Source: Dehalococcoidia bacterium
Lineage (GTDB): Bacteria; Chloroflexota; Dehalococcoidia; Lucifugimonadales; UBA3495
DNA: 64,000 nucleotides
Reading direction: 5' to 3'
Assembly: GCA_965216065.1 (NCBI GenBank)
Contig: CBDCFB010000002.1
Span: 756 to 64,755 of the forward strand
The notes beneath the pieces are model-generated. The model saw nothing but the letters and a program-made list of their open reading frames with translations. It was not told the origin of the DNA and searched no databases. The position numbers and the translations under genes were made by a program. Shown in pieces: positions 28,328-38,950 of the stretch; the first letter of the stretch is position 1; the number at the start of each line of letters is the position of its first letter.

Positions 28328-28900
28328 TTATGGGTTGTCTAATTCGTTCGGGGCTTGAGCTGCGGCGGTTTCCCGGCTGCGCTTGAGGCGGTAGCTCTCG
28401 CCGTTCATCTCCAGGATGTGGACGTGATGGGTGAGCCGGTCCAGCAACGTCCCGGTGAGGCGCTCCGAGCCGAAGACCTCAGTCCACTCGTCGAAAGGCA
28501 AATTGGTGGTCACCAGGATGGAGCCCCGCTCGTATCGCTGGCTGAACACCTCGAAGAGCAGTTCCGCACCGGAGCGGGACAGGGGGACAAAGCCCAGCTC
28601 GTCGATGATCAGCAGGTTGAGGCGGGACAGCTGCCGCTGGAGGTTGAGCAGGCGTCTTTCGTCCCTGGCCTCGATCATCTCGTGGACCAATGCGGCGGCG
28701 GCGGTGAAACCCACCGCCTTGCCTCTCTGGCAGGCAGCCAAGCCCAGTCCCAGGGCCAGGGCCACATGGGTCTTGCCGGTGCCGCTGTTGCCGACGGCGA
28801 TGACGTTCTCACGGCGCTGGATGTATTCACACCGGGCCAGTTCCATAACCAGTGCCTTGTTCAGAGATGGGATGGTTGGGAAGTCGACGGTGTCCAGCAA
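28328..28900 (-). pseudogene. IS21-family IstB helper ATPase, 5'-truncated by IS110 insertion
   Basis: Walker A (GNSGTGKTH), Walker B (LLIIDELG) and the IstB C-terminus are present. About 70 N-terminal aa are missing. The frame abuts the IS110 transposase stop at 28913-28915. Confidence 0.8.
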
Positions 28901-28912
28901 CTGCCTTTGATG

Positions 28913-29861
<949 letters not shown>

Positions 29862-30493
29862 GTTTCACCTCCAAGGGATTCAGAACGTGGCCCCTCCTTG
29901 CACGATGCGGGCTTGGTTGGCCCAGGCAACTGTTCGGGCTCTCTTAGGAGTAGGTGCGGCGACCCTCGCTATAGAACGGTCTTCCATGACCAAGGAGCAT
30001 TCGATCTGCTGCACCCCGGTCCACCTGAGTGAAGTGATTGTCACACTCCAAAACCAAGATACAAGGAGCATCATTTTCGCTGGCCAGTTAGCGCGGACAC
30101 TTTCGCTGGACGTCAACAGTTTCACACGGCCAGCAAGATGGTGGGTCTGGGTGAGGGCTTCTGCGCTCACTCGCCCCGGGTGGGCACGGTCCAGGACCTG
30201 AGCGCCGCTGGGGCGGACCTACCGGAGCTGATGACCGCGGGAAGGTAGGACCACGCCACCATTCCGGCCCCGGTGCACCGGGGCCCAGGCCGCCGGCAGG
30301 GAGGCGTGTCCCAGTACTACTGGGGCGGGATGCGGGGGTCGCGAGGCCATCGTAAGGTTCTGCGCCTTGAAACAAGCCCAGGTAGGATGACCGCAGCTGA
30401 CGCACGAGGACCCTGAGGACGGATGAGCCGCAGCTATATGCGGCGATTCTTAAGACCGTCCAACACTATTACTGGCCATCTGCGGCTGTAATG

Positions 30494-30764
30494 CTAATCC
30501 AGCTTGATCAGGTTCCATCCAGAGCCCAGGCTGTCTCCCTGAAAGTGATGAGGTTCGTGCAGCCCGACCCAGAGGATGTCGTCGCTCCCCACATGGGTCA
30601 GGGTGTTGAAATCTGCGAACACGGGGTTCGGGTCGAACACGAACCAGTTCTGGGTGCTGTTCTCGTGCTTCCATATCCGGAAGAGGACGCCGGCCTTGAG
30701 CAGTTCCTTGAAGACCATCCGGGGCGGGCCGGTGAGAGTAGCCCCAACTACCTCGACTATGTCT
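30494..30764 (-). pseudogene. 3' fragment of an unknown gene cut by the IS701 insertion
   Basis: The frame is open from the IS boundary (…DIVEVVGATLTGPPRMVFKELLKAGVLFRIWKHEN…WNLIKLD stop). No upstream partner is identifiable on the other side of the IS. Confidence 0.3.
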
Positions 30765-32245
30765 GCTAGTATTACAACGTCAGTTCAGGGAGGGATGTGG
30801 GGTGATGCGCGCATGGCGGCGCGGCGCTTGGCATGGGAGCGTCTGGCCCGCTCGTTGCATTCTTGCGTATCCTCAAGCCACCGCAGCAACTCAGCTGGCC
30901 CGAGCCGTTCCCGGGGCAGCATCTCCCGCACCACCCGGTAGACCTGCGGCCTCGTGATCCGGGGCATCTTTTTCCCACCAAGCCTGTTGCAGGCTCAGCA
31001 GAAAAGCTCCGCCCAGCAGGCACAGGGCCACATGGTGATGCCAGCCAGCCCAGGTGCGGGTCTCGTACTGCGTCCAGCCCCACGTCGCTTTTCTCCGTCT
31101 CGAACTCCGTTTCTATACGCCAGCGGGAGCCTCCCACGTATGCCAGGGTCTCCAACGGGGTATCCTCCGGTGCATTGGACAGATAGTAGCGGGGTTCGCT
31201 GCCATCCAGATTCCGGCGGTAAATGGCCCAGTGGATTTCGCCGGGCTTGCGCCTGCTGGTTGGACGCACCCTCTGGGCACTGAACAGGTAGCTGCGTGGG
31301 CCCTGGCTTCCCTCGGCCACCGTAATCTCACGCCACGCCTCCTCCGTGATGGCATCGGCCCGCTCCGCCATCGTCCGCCGCTGCCCGCTGCGGAGCCTCG
31401 GCTTGCGGGGACGCCCGAATCCCTGATACTCCACGCTGGTCCAAGCAGGCTCCGGCGGCCACACCGTAAAGCCGGACGGAACGTCCAGCACGTACCACAT
31501 CCCCAAGGCCGCCAGGCCGTCGCGGAATAACGGCGACATGCCGAAGGCATCGTCCGCAGCGACCCATCCAGCCTTCAGGTGGCCCCGCTCCTGCGCCCGC
31601 CCCACCATCTCCAAGGCCAACTCCGTCCCTTCGACAGGCTCAGGACCGGTAGCCCTGCCTATCCTGGGCACACCCGCCGCCTCACACCGGTCTTTGTCCG
31701 AGGTCCAACTCTCCGGCAGATGCAGCCGTTTGTCCACCAGGGCCCGTCCCAACGGGCTGACATAGGCCAAGAACATTCCGGCTTGGCAGTTGGCCACCTT
31801 CCCCAGCCTGCCGCAGTACTGCCGGGCCACTCCCGCCGACTTCCGTCCCTGCTTGGGAAAGTCGCTGCCGTCCAGCACCCACACCCCTTCCGGATGCTCC
31901 AGCCGGGTTCCCAGGTACTCCTGCAGCCGTCCTATAATCGCCTCATCGTCCTAGGGAGAATCGGTGAGAAACCGCTGCATCCCTCGGGCTGACCCCGGAA
32001 CCGTCTCCGACAGGTTCTCAGCGTTGCGCCGCTCCCCGGACTGTACCAGCAGGGCCTGGAGATAATGACCGCTGTGCTCCCGCGTCTCCCGGCGGCCAAA
32101 CAGCGGAGCGAAGTAAGCGTGAAAATCCCCAAAGGCCCCGTACATCTGTTCGAAAACTTCTGCATCCACATCCCCACCTCACCTGCCTGTTCCCTCTCCA
32201 GTTACACAGCCATCCTATCAAACCAACTGACGTTGTAATACTAGC
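30765..32245 (-). mobile_element. IS701-family insertion sequence, transposase decayed
   Basis: Perfect 21-bp terminal inverted repeats (gctagtattacaacgtcagtt at 30765-30785 and its complement at 32225-32245). The transposase lies in three frames, with an in-frame TAG at 31951-31953 (FLTDSP-stop-DDEAI, where the family has SPWD) and two frameshifts (near 31075 and 30985). Confidence 0.85.
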
Positions 32246-32707
32246 GGAGCTCGGTCCGACCCAGCCGACTGTTCCTCTAAACTTTGCAGTCGGCTCGCAG
32301 GCTTGGTGATGTTTTATAGTTGGTTCTAACTCAGTCCATATTCTCCGACTTGCCGTGCTCAAACTAATCGATGGGGCTGCGTTGGGGGATGGCCCGGTGA
32401 AATGCTATGGGCTCCAACACAAGGTTATTGTCGCCTGCAGGAGCGTCAAGATTCGTTTGCAGCCCTTTGCGAGGGGAATTTGATTGCAGCATTTGAGGAT
32501 GCTGCTGGGAACGCGGTTGTGTGTATGTGGTGCGTAGCTTGCACCCTTTCTCAGCGGTGTTTAAGCAGCTGCTTGTAGCTAGCTCCTATGTGGTTGTTTG
32601 GCGCGTTCGACATGCGACCAATTGCCTGCGCCAAGTTGGATATGTTCAGGTGCTCGACAGCGCCCACCAGCGCGGTGCGTTTGGGGGCACGGCTGCAACG
32701 ACTTCAC

Positions 32708-32752
32708 TACCAAAATCAATAGGGGGACCTTCACTTGAAGCGAAGGTCCCCC
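32708..32752 (-). terminator. Putative intrinsic terminator of the giant surface-protein gene
   Basis: 11-bp perfect stem gggggaccttc (32722-32732 / 32742-32752) with a 9-nt loop, 50 nt past the stop, followed on the minus strand by TATTGATTTTGG. Confidence 0.55.
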
Positions 32753-32801
32753 TTGCGAAACCGCGTCTGCGATGTCGTTGTATTCGCGGGCATCGGGCCT
32801 A

Positions 32802-35800
32802 TCATCCCGGCCCGCTGACGGTAAGCTCCAGGCGGTTGGACAGCATCCTCCCGTCATCGGTGCAGATGGCCCCCTGCGCGTCGCAGTCCTCGGTGACGGG
32901 CAGCTCGACGGTGACGTCTGCGTTGGAGTCTGGATCGACGGTGATCTCCCAGCCGATGTTGCTGCCGCCGACCAGCCGTCGTGCCCCGGCCACCGCGCCT
33001 CCCTCCACCGTGAACACATGGTCGTCCCGCAGCGTCTTGTAGCTGAAGCCCGTCTCGAGCTCCTCGCTGAAGGCAATCCTGAATTTGACGTTGTTACTGC
33101 CGTTGTGGGACGTCGGGACGCTCTCGAAACTTGCCGTCAGCGGAGGCCCCGTGACGGTGAATTTCAATGGGCTGGACAGCATCCCGTCGTCATCGGTGCA
33201 GATGGCCCCCTCGGCGTCGCAGTCCTCGGTGACGGGCAGCTCGACGTTGACGTCCGCGTTCGAGTCCGGGGTGACGCTGATCTCCCAGCGTATGTTACCC
33301 GGCGGGTTCAGCCGCCGGGCCCCGGCCACCGTGCCTGCCGTCACCGTGAACGCATGGTCCCGCATCGTCTTGTAGCTGAAGCCCGTCGCAGGCTCCTCGC
33401 TGAAGCTCAGTTCGAAGGTGAACTTTTCGCTGCCGTTGTGCGACTCCGGCGCGTCGTGGACGGCGGCTGTCAGCTGGGTCTCCGCAGTCTCCTGCGCGTC
33501 TTCCGCCTCGTGCGTCCCCGGCGGTGTCTCTTCATCGGGGATGATCAGGGGTGGGGCGGCGATCATTGCGTTGCCGGTCAGCGACTCTTCGTTGCCCGCA
33601 TCGTCGGTGAAGGAGACCCGCACCTTGATGGCCTTGCCCTCGTCATCGTCGGTCATGGTGTAGGTGGAGCCTGTCGCTTCCTCGATGTCGGCGTCAGTGA
33701 AGGTCGCCAGGTCATTGCGTATCCACTGGTAGGAGAAGACCGCGCCCGTCAGGCCGTCCTCGTCCTCGATGCCGTCTGTGGTCGCCGTCAGCGTCTCCCC
33801 GGCCCGCACCGTCCCGTCGATGCCCGGCCAGCCCGTCGCCGGGCTGTTGGCCTGCAGGCTCCTCGAGGTGAGCGGCCCTCCCGTCAACGTCAGCGTGAAG
33901 TGGTCGCCCTGGAACGGGACGCTGCCCCTGCCCCTGGCGGTGACGGCGACGTAGTAGTCGCCGGCGTCCGGCGCGGTGAACACCAGGGCGGGGCTGTCGG
34001 GGCACGTGTTTGGTCGGCGCGACGTTTCCGCCCTGGTGTTCACCGCAGTGACACCGTCGGACTGGTAGACGGCCCGGATGATGCCTTGGTGCTGGTAGCA
34101 GCCGTGTATCTGTACGTCATAGACCAGCCGGTACTCATCTTCCTGCTGCAGGCCGGTGAGCCGTATCCAGTCCACGTCGGAGGTGGATGAGCTGCTGTAG
34201 TTTCTCTCCGTGCGCATCACGTAGTTCTGCAGGCTATCGCCCGCCGCGACCTCGGCCGTGGTGCTCGTGGAGGCCGGGTAGTCGTCGGACTGCGCCGACA
34301 GGTTGTACCCAACATACAGCCCCTCTCGGTAGGCCGTCCAAGTCTGTATCGACACGTAATGGACTCCGGTCTTCTCCGCCCGTAAGGGCAGGCTGTTGAC
34401 CCGATCGACAGAGTTGTAGACCGCGGGGAATCCGCTACCTGGGATTTGACTCGAGTAAACTTCCCTTCCTATGTCGGTGTAGACTTTCAGCAGGTACAGC
34501 TTCGTCGGCGTCCCAGGGGCAACGGGGCCATTGAGTCCCACGGCGGAAGCGTCGAACTGGTAATCCACGCCGACCTCGAGTTCGACGCGGAACCAGTCAA
34601 CGTCCGCGTGGCTGCAGAGGCGGCCCTCCACGCTGCCGTCGACCACGAGGCTCCCGCTGGTGGAGGTGTCCGCGCTGTGCGGATCGTCGCAGGGGGTGGG
34701 CTCGCCGAGAATCGCCATCTTGAGGCGGGTATCGTTGGGCGTTGGCTCCCAACTGCCGTCCGACATCGTTGCACGGGCGGGGCCTGCGAGCGACCAGTTC
34801 CTGGCCGCGATGTTCACGCCCGTGTCCTGGGTTAGGAAAACCTGGACGGCATTGGATTCTGTGGCCGACTCCGCGGCGTCGATGACCAGCCAGTAGGTCG
34901 TACTCGCGGAGAGGGTGATGCTGGCCGAAGCGTGGAACGTGAGCAGGCCCGGCCGCGGGTTGATCTGCAGAGCCAGTTGGTGCAGCGAGGCCCCCGGGAG
35001 TCCTCTTTCGTCCGCGTGTATCGCGGCCCTGAGCCCGCCCGCGAATATTGTCGTAAAATCCCCCAATTCGATCTGCACGCCGCGCAGGACGTAACCCGTT
35101 TCATCGTCTCCGGTCCTGAACGGCTGCGCGACCGCACGTCGACCTAAGCTGGTTGTGGAAACTATGGCGTTCCCCAGCTGCGTCTTGCCCAGGTTGATGA
35201 TCAGCGGCGCGGCGGGCGTGGGGGGAGCAGGGTTGGGCAGCGGGTTCGGCCACCCGTGGACGTTGAGCGGGATCCGCTTGACGTCCCCTGCGCCGAAGTT
35301 CCAGTCGTCTCCGTAGCCCCAGGGATGGACGAAGCGGTTACCATAGGGAAACGAGCCGAGCGCCCAGCCCTCTGCGGCGCCGGGGTCCTGTTTGGGGCCG
35401 GCGTTGGGCGTCTCGTAGTACCCCGCGCCGACGTTGCTGAAATAGGCCACGTAGGCGCTGTCTGGACCGACCTGGAATCGCTGGCTGCCGGTCAGCGCGG
35501 CGAACCGGTCGGGCGAAGCGTCCACGCTGCTCGCCTGGTAGCTGGCCAAGGGCGGCGAGGGGTCGCCACTGCCCTCGCGGGTGCTGAACACGTCTACGGC
35601 GTAGATCGCCGCCCTGGGATCCACCGGCCCTTTCAGGGTGTTCCGGACGTCGATGTCCACCCCGAGGCCGGTGATGGTGTAGCCGGTGGGGTGGGGGCCG
35701 GTGGTGAACCTGCGCCCGCCAGCCCACTCGTGGTCGTAGTAGTTGCTCGGGTGGAGGTTGCACAGCCGCTTCGATCTCTCCGTGTCGTCGCCTGCCACGA

Positions 35801-37214
35801 ACGCCGGTTCGCAGTGGTCGAAGGTTCTGTCCTTGGGCAGGCTGATCAAGGTGGCGGTGATCTCCTCCGTGCCGAAGCGCAGGAAGGGGCCGTCGGCGGC
35901 GGTGTCCCGCAGCCCGTGGGCCCCCACCAGCACCCGCTCCGCCGCATAGCCGTAGAAACTCATCTGGACGGGCCCATCGGACGCTTCCGTCCAAGTGAAC
36001 CCGGTCGCGGTTAGGTAGTTGATCCGGTGCCTCGTGTCGCCGATCATCCAGCTTGCGAAACCGGCGTCCTCATTACCGTTTGCTGCCAGATGAAGGGAGT
36101 AGAAGCCCGCCCCGGTTACCTCATCGAAGACCCCCCAGTACTTCCGGCCTGGTTCCAATGTCGCGTTGTCCGGGAATGTGGCGGTGAGATCGAGGTCACG
36201 GATCGAACCGGATGGAACTTCTACGTACGCGACATACAGGGCGCCTGCAGCGGGGCCGTCGCTGTCGTCGCCGTGGATTGCGACACGGAACAGACCTCCG
36301 GATATTGTCGAGACACCAAAGGTGATAGAGCTGAGCGCGTACCAGCCCGCGTCGCCGCCCGGTGTGAAGGAGGTCGCAGACCCCCAGTAGCCGCCCGACG
36401 GAAGGCCGCCGACCTCCCAGGACCCGATGCCCCCGCGCGATTCGCTATCGAAGCTCTCGTTGCCGCCGAGCTTTTCGGGGGTGTTCTGCGGCTCGCCGAG
36501 CACTGCTATCTCGATGACCCGCTCTACCGTCCTCCACTCAACGCTGCTGGATCTGAGATATCTATCGTTATTTATGCTCCATCCATCGACCGGCGGCGGA
36601 ACCTGGTCCTCGGCTGAGGAACTCGTGGTCCCGAGGTACAGCGTTTCCCTCAAGGCCTCGAATACGACCCAGTACCTGGAGCCGCCGGGAATTACCGTCC
36701 CCGACGGGGCTGCCAGGGTGTACTCCGCAAACTCACCGGTGCTGGCGAAGTCGCCTGGCACGGTCAGGGTGTGCAGACGGGAGCCAGGGAGCCCGTTGGC
36801 GTCCCTGTGCAGGCTGGCGCTCACTTCCGGAACAAAAACATCACCACCTAGTACGCTTGACCTAGCTGCGACCCGAATGCCCTGGAACCGGTAGCCGAGG
36901 CCGCCGGAGCCCGGACCGGCGACAAAAGACTGTGCCTGCTGTGAGTCCTCAATAATAGTGGCTTCCAGCGCATCCAGTTGCCCAAGATTTGAGACGAGCG
37001 TCCCGATGCTGTTCTGCTGCAGCGCCACCGGCGGGTCATCCAACCCCGAGGGGTCGGACGAGGTGTCCGTGGTTGCCTCTTGCGCATGGGCTGCGGACAC
37101 GAGGGCCACGAGCAGGGCCATGATTGCCAGGAAGGGTAGCAGCCTGGTCAGGATGGGTGCGCTCCTTGACCGGTCTCCTACGAGCGAAGGCAAGTGTCGA
37201 CGCAAGGCCCGCAT
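32802..37214 (-). CDS. Giant secreted multi-domain surface protein (1470 aa)
   Basis: Signal peptide (LLPFLAIMALLVALVSAAHAQEA). Four copies of a roughly 110-aa module (LVSNLGQ...AQSF/AQPF...GLPG...YWVV/YWLV). Two pre-peptidase-C-terminal-like segments (DVDWFRVEL, DVDWIRLTG). One Ig-like module (TLTATTDGIEDEDGL...YQWIRND...GKAIKVRVSFTDDAGNEES). Two 95-aa C-terminal repeats (FSYKT.RDH.FTV..G.V.GARRL...PDSNADV.VELPVTEDCDA.GAICTDD). Confidence 0.85.
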   Translation of the reverse strand: MRALRRHLPSLVGDRSRSAPILTRLLPFLAIMALLVALVSAAHAQEATTDTSSDPSGLDDPPVALQQNSIGTLVSNLGQLDALEATIIEDSQQAQSFVAGPGSGGLGYRFQGIRVAARSSVLGGDVFVPEVSASLHRDANGLPGSRLHTLTVPGDFASTGEFAEYTLAAPSGTVIPGGSRYWVVFEALRETLYLGTTSSSAEDQVPPPVDGWSINNDRYLRSSSVEWRTVERVIEIAVLGEPQNTPEKLGGNESFDSESRGGIGSWEVGGLPSGGYWGSATSFTPGGDAGWYALSSITFGVSTISGGLFRVAIHGDDSDGPAAGALYVAYVEVPSGSIRDLDLTATFPDNATLEPGRKYWGVFDEVTGAGFYSLHLAANGNEDAGFASWMIGDTRHRINYLTATGFTWTEASDGPVQMSFYGYAAERVLVGAHGLRDTAADGPFLRFGTEEITATLISLPKDRTFDHCEPAFVAGDDTERSKRLCNLHPSNYYDHEWAGGRRFTTGPHPTGYTITGLGVDIDVRNTLKGPVDPRAAIYAVDVFSTREGSGDPSPPLASYQASSVDASPDRFAALTGSQRFQVGPDSAYVAYFSNVGAGYYETPNAGPKQDPGAAEGWALGSFPYGNRFVHPWGYGDDWNFGAGDVKRIPLNVHGWPNPLPNPAPPTPAAPLIINLGKTQLGNAIVSTTSLGRRAVAQPFRTGDDETGYVLRGVQIELGDFTTIFAGGLRAAIHADERGLPGASLHQLALQINPRPGLLTFHASASITLSASTTYWLVIDAAESATESNAVQVFLTQDTGVNIAARNWSLAGPARATMSDGSWEPTPNDTRLKMAILGEPTPCDDPHSADTSTSGSLVVDGSVEGRLCSHADVDWFRVELEVGVDYQFDASAVGLNGPVAPGTPTKLYLLKVYTDIGREVYSSQIPGSGFPAVYNSVDRVNSLPLRAEKTGVHYVSIQTWTAYREGLYVGYNLSAQSDDYPASTSTTAEVAAGDSLQNYVMRTERNYSSSSTSDVDWIRLTGLQQEDEYRLVYDVQIHGCYQHQGIIRAVYQSDGVTAVNTRAETSRRPNTCPDSPALVFTAPDAGDYYVAVTARGRGSVPFQGDHFTLTLTGGPLTSRSLQANSPATGWPGIDGTVRAGETLTATTDGIEDEDGLTGAVFSYQWIRNDLATFTDADIEEATGSTYTMTDDDEGKAIKVRVSFTDDAGNEESLTGNAMIAAPPLIIPDEETPPGTHEAEDAQETAETQLTAAVHDAPESHNGSEKFTFELSFSEEPATGFSYKTMRDHAFTVTAGTVAGARRLNPPGNIRWEISVTPDSNADVNVELPVTEDCDAEGAICTDDDGMLSSPLKFTVTGPPLTASFESVPTSHNGSNNVKFRIAFSEELETGFSYKTLRDDHVFTVEGGAVAGARRLVGGSNIGWEITVDPDSNADVTVELPVTEDCDAQGAICTDDGRMLSNRLELTVSGPG

Positions 37215-38524
37215 CTACTTCTCCTTCGCCCAGAGCCCGATCCTGCCGATCGTGTAGCCGAGCGGATGCGCCCCGGTGACAAAGCCATTCGAAGCATCTC
37301 CGCCGGTCGAGTCGACAAGGACGCCGGTTTGACCAAAGTTGCTGACCAGAGTCCGCGGCGCGGGCACGATGACCGAGGTGGCGGGTCCCGTGCGCGTCTC
37401 TGGGTTGTTGTCGTTGTCAGTGATCTGCACTTGCAGCCGTATCCGCATCGTCATCACCGTTGATCGTGTAGGTGGGGTACCTGGTGCTTTCCAGATCCGT
37501 GATGTCGCCCAGGTGGATGGCGCTATCCCCTGTGGCATCAAGATCTGAACTCCGGGTCGTATTTTCGGACGACTCCCGAGTGGGTTCCGGGGGTAGCTTC
37601 CGGCGTGGGTTCCGGGGGGTAGCTTCCGGCGTGGGTTCCGGGGGGTAGCTTCCGGCGTGGGTTCCGGGGGGTAGCTTCCGGCGTCCGGCGTGGGTTCCGG
37701 GGGGTAGCTTCCGGCGTGGGTTCCGGGGGGTAGCTTCCGGCGTGGGTTCCGGGGGGTAGCTTCCGGCGTGGGTTCCGGGGGGTAGCTTCCGGCGTGGGTT
37801 CCGGGGGTAGCTTCCGGCGTGGGTTCCGGGGGGTAGCTTCCGGCGTGGGTTCCGGGGGTAGCTTCCGGCGTGGGTTCCGGGGGTAGCTTCCGGCGTGGGT
37901 TCCGGGGGGTAGCCTCCGGCGCGGGTTCCGGGAGGTAGCCTCCGGCGTGGGTTCCGGGGTAGCCTCCGGCGTGGGTTAGGGAGTTGGGGTTGGTTCCTCC
38001 GTAGGCTCAGGCGTGGATACAGGCTCCTCAGGAGTTTCGGGATTGCGGCCGTTGAAATGCTTGCTCTCAGGGCTTCGGCCGGCGGAGTTCCTCGCCTTAA
38101 CCCGATAGACATATCCGTGGCCCGCCTCCACGGTGTTGTCCGTGTACGAAGTGGCGGATGATCCGGTGTCTTCTACCAGGGTTTCAAATTGGCCTATATC
38201 GTGGATTGCCTTGTCCCGTCTGAGTATCCGATGGCCCGTGATGCTCTCGTCTCCGGGGTCGTCTCAAGTCAGAGACACAGAATTGTGGCTGACGGTGCCG
38301 GTCAACCCCGTCGGCTTTGACGGTACGTTCGCTTCCTGCGCCCTTGCCGGCCATACCAAAGCCATCGCTGACGCCCAAATGATCAACGCTGTGGCAGTTA
38401 TGAGGGATAGCTCAGGGGTCGCTGTCCAGAAACCTTGAATTTCACATTCCCCATTGCCGGGTTGTATTTGGATCACGTCATTGAACTCTGGCGTTCCAAA
38501 GCTTCGCAGTCGCGGCGGCAGCAA
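37215..38524 (-). pseudogene. Secreted FN3-domain / Pro-Thr-linker surface protein, decayed
   Basis: Signal peptide plus FN3 (PSKPTGLTGTVSHNSVSLT-TGA-DDPGDESITGHRIL...YVYRVKARNSAG). In-frame TGA at 38264-38266 at the conserved FN3 Trp. In-frame TAA at 37976-37978. The tandem repeat breaks the frame. The distal part (LVSNFGQTGVLVDS...GYTIGRIGLW) starts the same module as the giant protein and ends one codon before the giant gene ATG. Confidence 0.75.
37582..37972. repeat. 15-unit tandem repeat with non-triplet period (24-33 nt, mostly 26)
   Basis: Unit gggttccgg(g)4-6tagcttccggcgt. Unit lengths are 25,26,26,33,26,26,26,26,25,26,25,25,26,26,24. They differ mainly in G-run length (4, 5 or 6). 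The minus strand has no stop in any frame. Confidence 0.95.
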
Positions 38525-38652
38525 TTGAGTTCAACTTGGCTGATATGGAGCGCCCCATAAGTAATAGTTAGGTATTCTGGACAGCATTTTAATGATCATT
38601 AGTGAATAATTCGTGAAACTACTCTCCGAAACAGTGACTATATTGTGAGAAT

Positions 38653-38685
38653 TGTGTGAAATTGCAATTCCCGCTTTTTCACACA
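38653..38685. promoter_or_regulatory. Candidate operator: 9-bp inverted repeat in an AT-rich upstream region
   Basis: tgtgtgaaa-N15-tttcacaca lies within the AT-rich stretch 38530-38780, upstream of the FN3 gene start (38524, minus strand). Confidence 0.3.
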
Positions 38686-38950
38686 AAATAGTGATCCTTT
38701 GAAGGGGCATAGGAGTGCAAATTCGATCTGCCATTGGCGTTAGCTAATTTTGTCGGTTATACATCCAGTATGGAGGTTCAGGATTGACAACAAACCTGAA
38801 AGTCAGGATGTTGAGGCAGCTGGGGATGGAGAGGAGAAGGACCGAAACGGACAACACCGATAAAATCAGTGCGCTCAGCTTGCGATCAATCAGTGCGATG
38901 CCCACCTACCTGATTGAGTGCATTCCAAGGAGAGACAACCAGGGGGGCGC

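Noticed and set aside
29880-30490. Remainder of the IS21 element (istB 5' end and istA) expected beyond the IS110 insertion
   Set aside because: None of the six frames shows IstB N-terminal or IstA motifs, so the rest of the IS21 copy appears deleted. I could not define IS21 ends with confidence.
37582-37972. Possible CRISPR array
   Set aside because: The units are contiguous with no spacers, vary in length by homopolymer run, and lie inside a Pro/Thr-linker coding region. No cas genes are present in the window.
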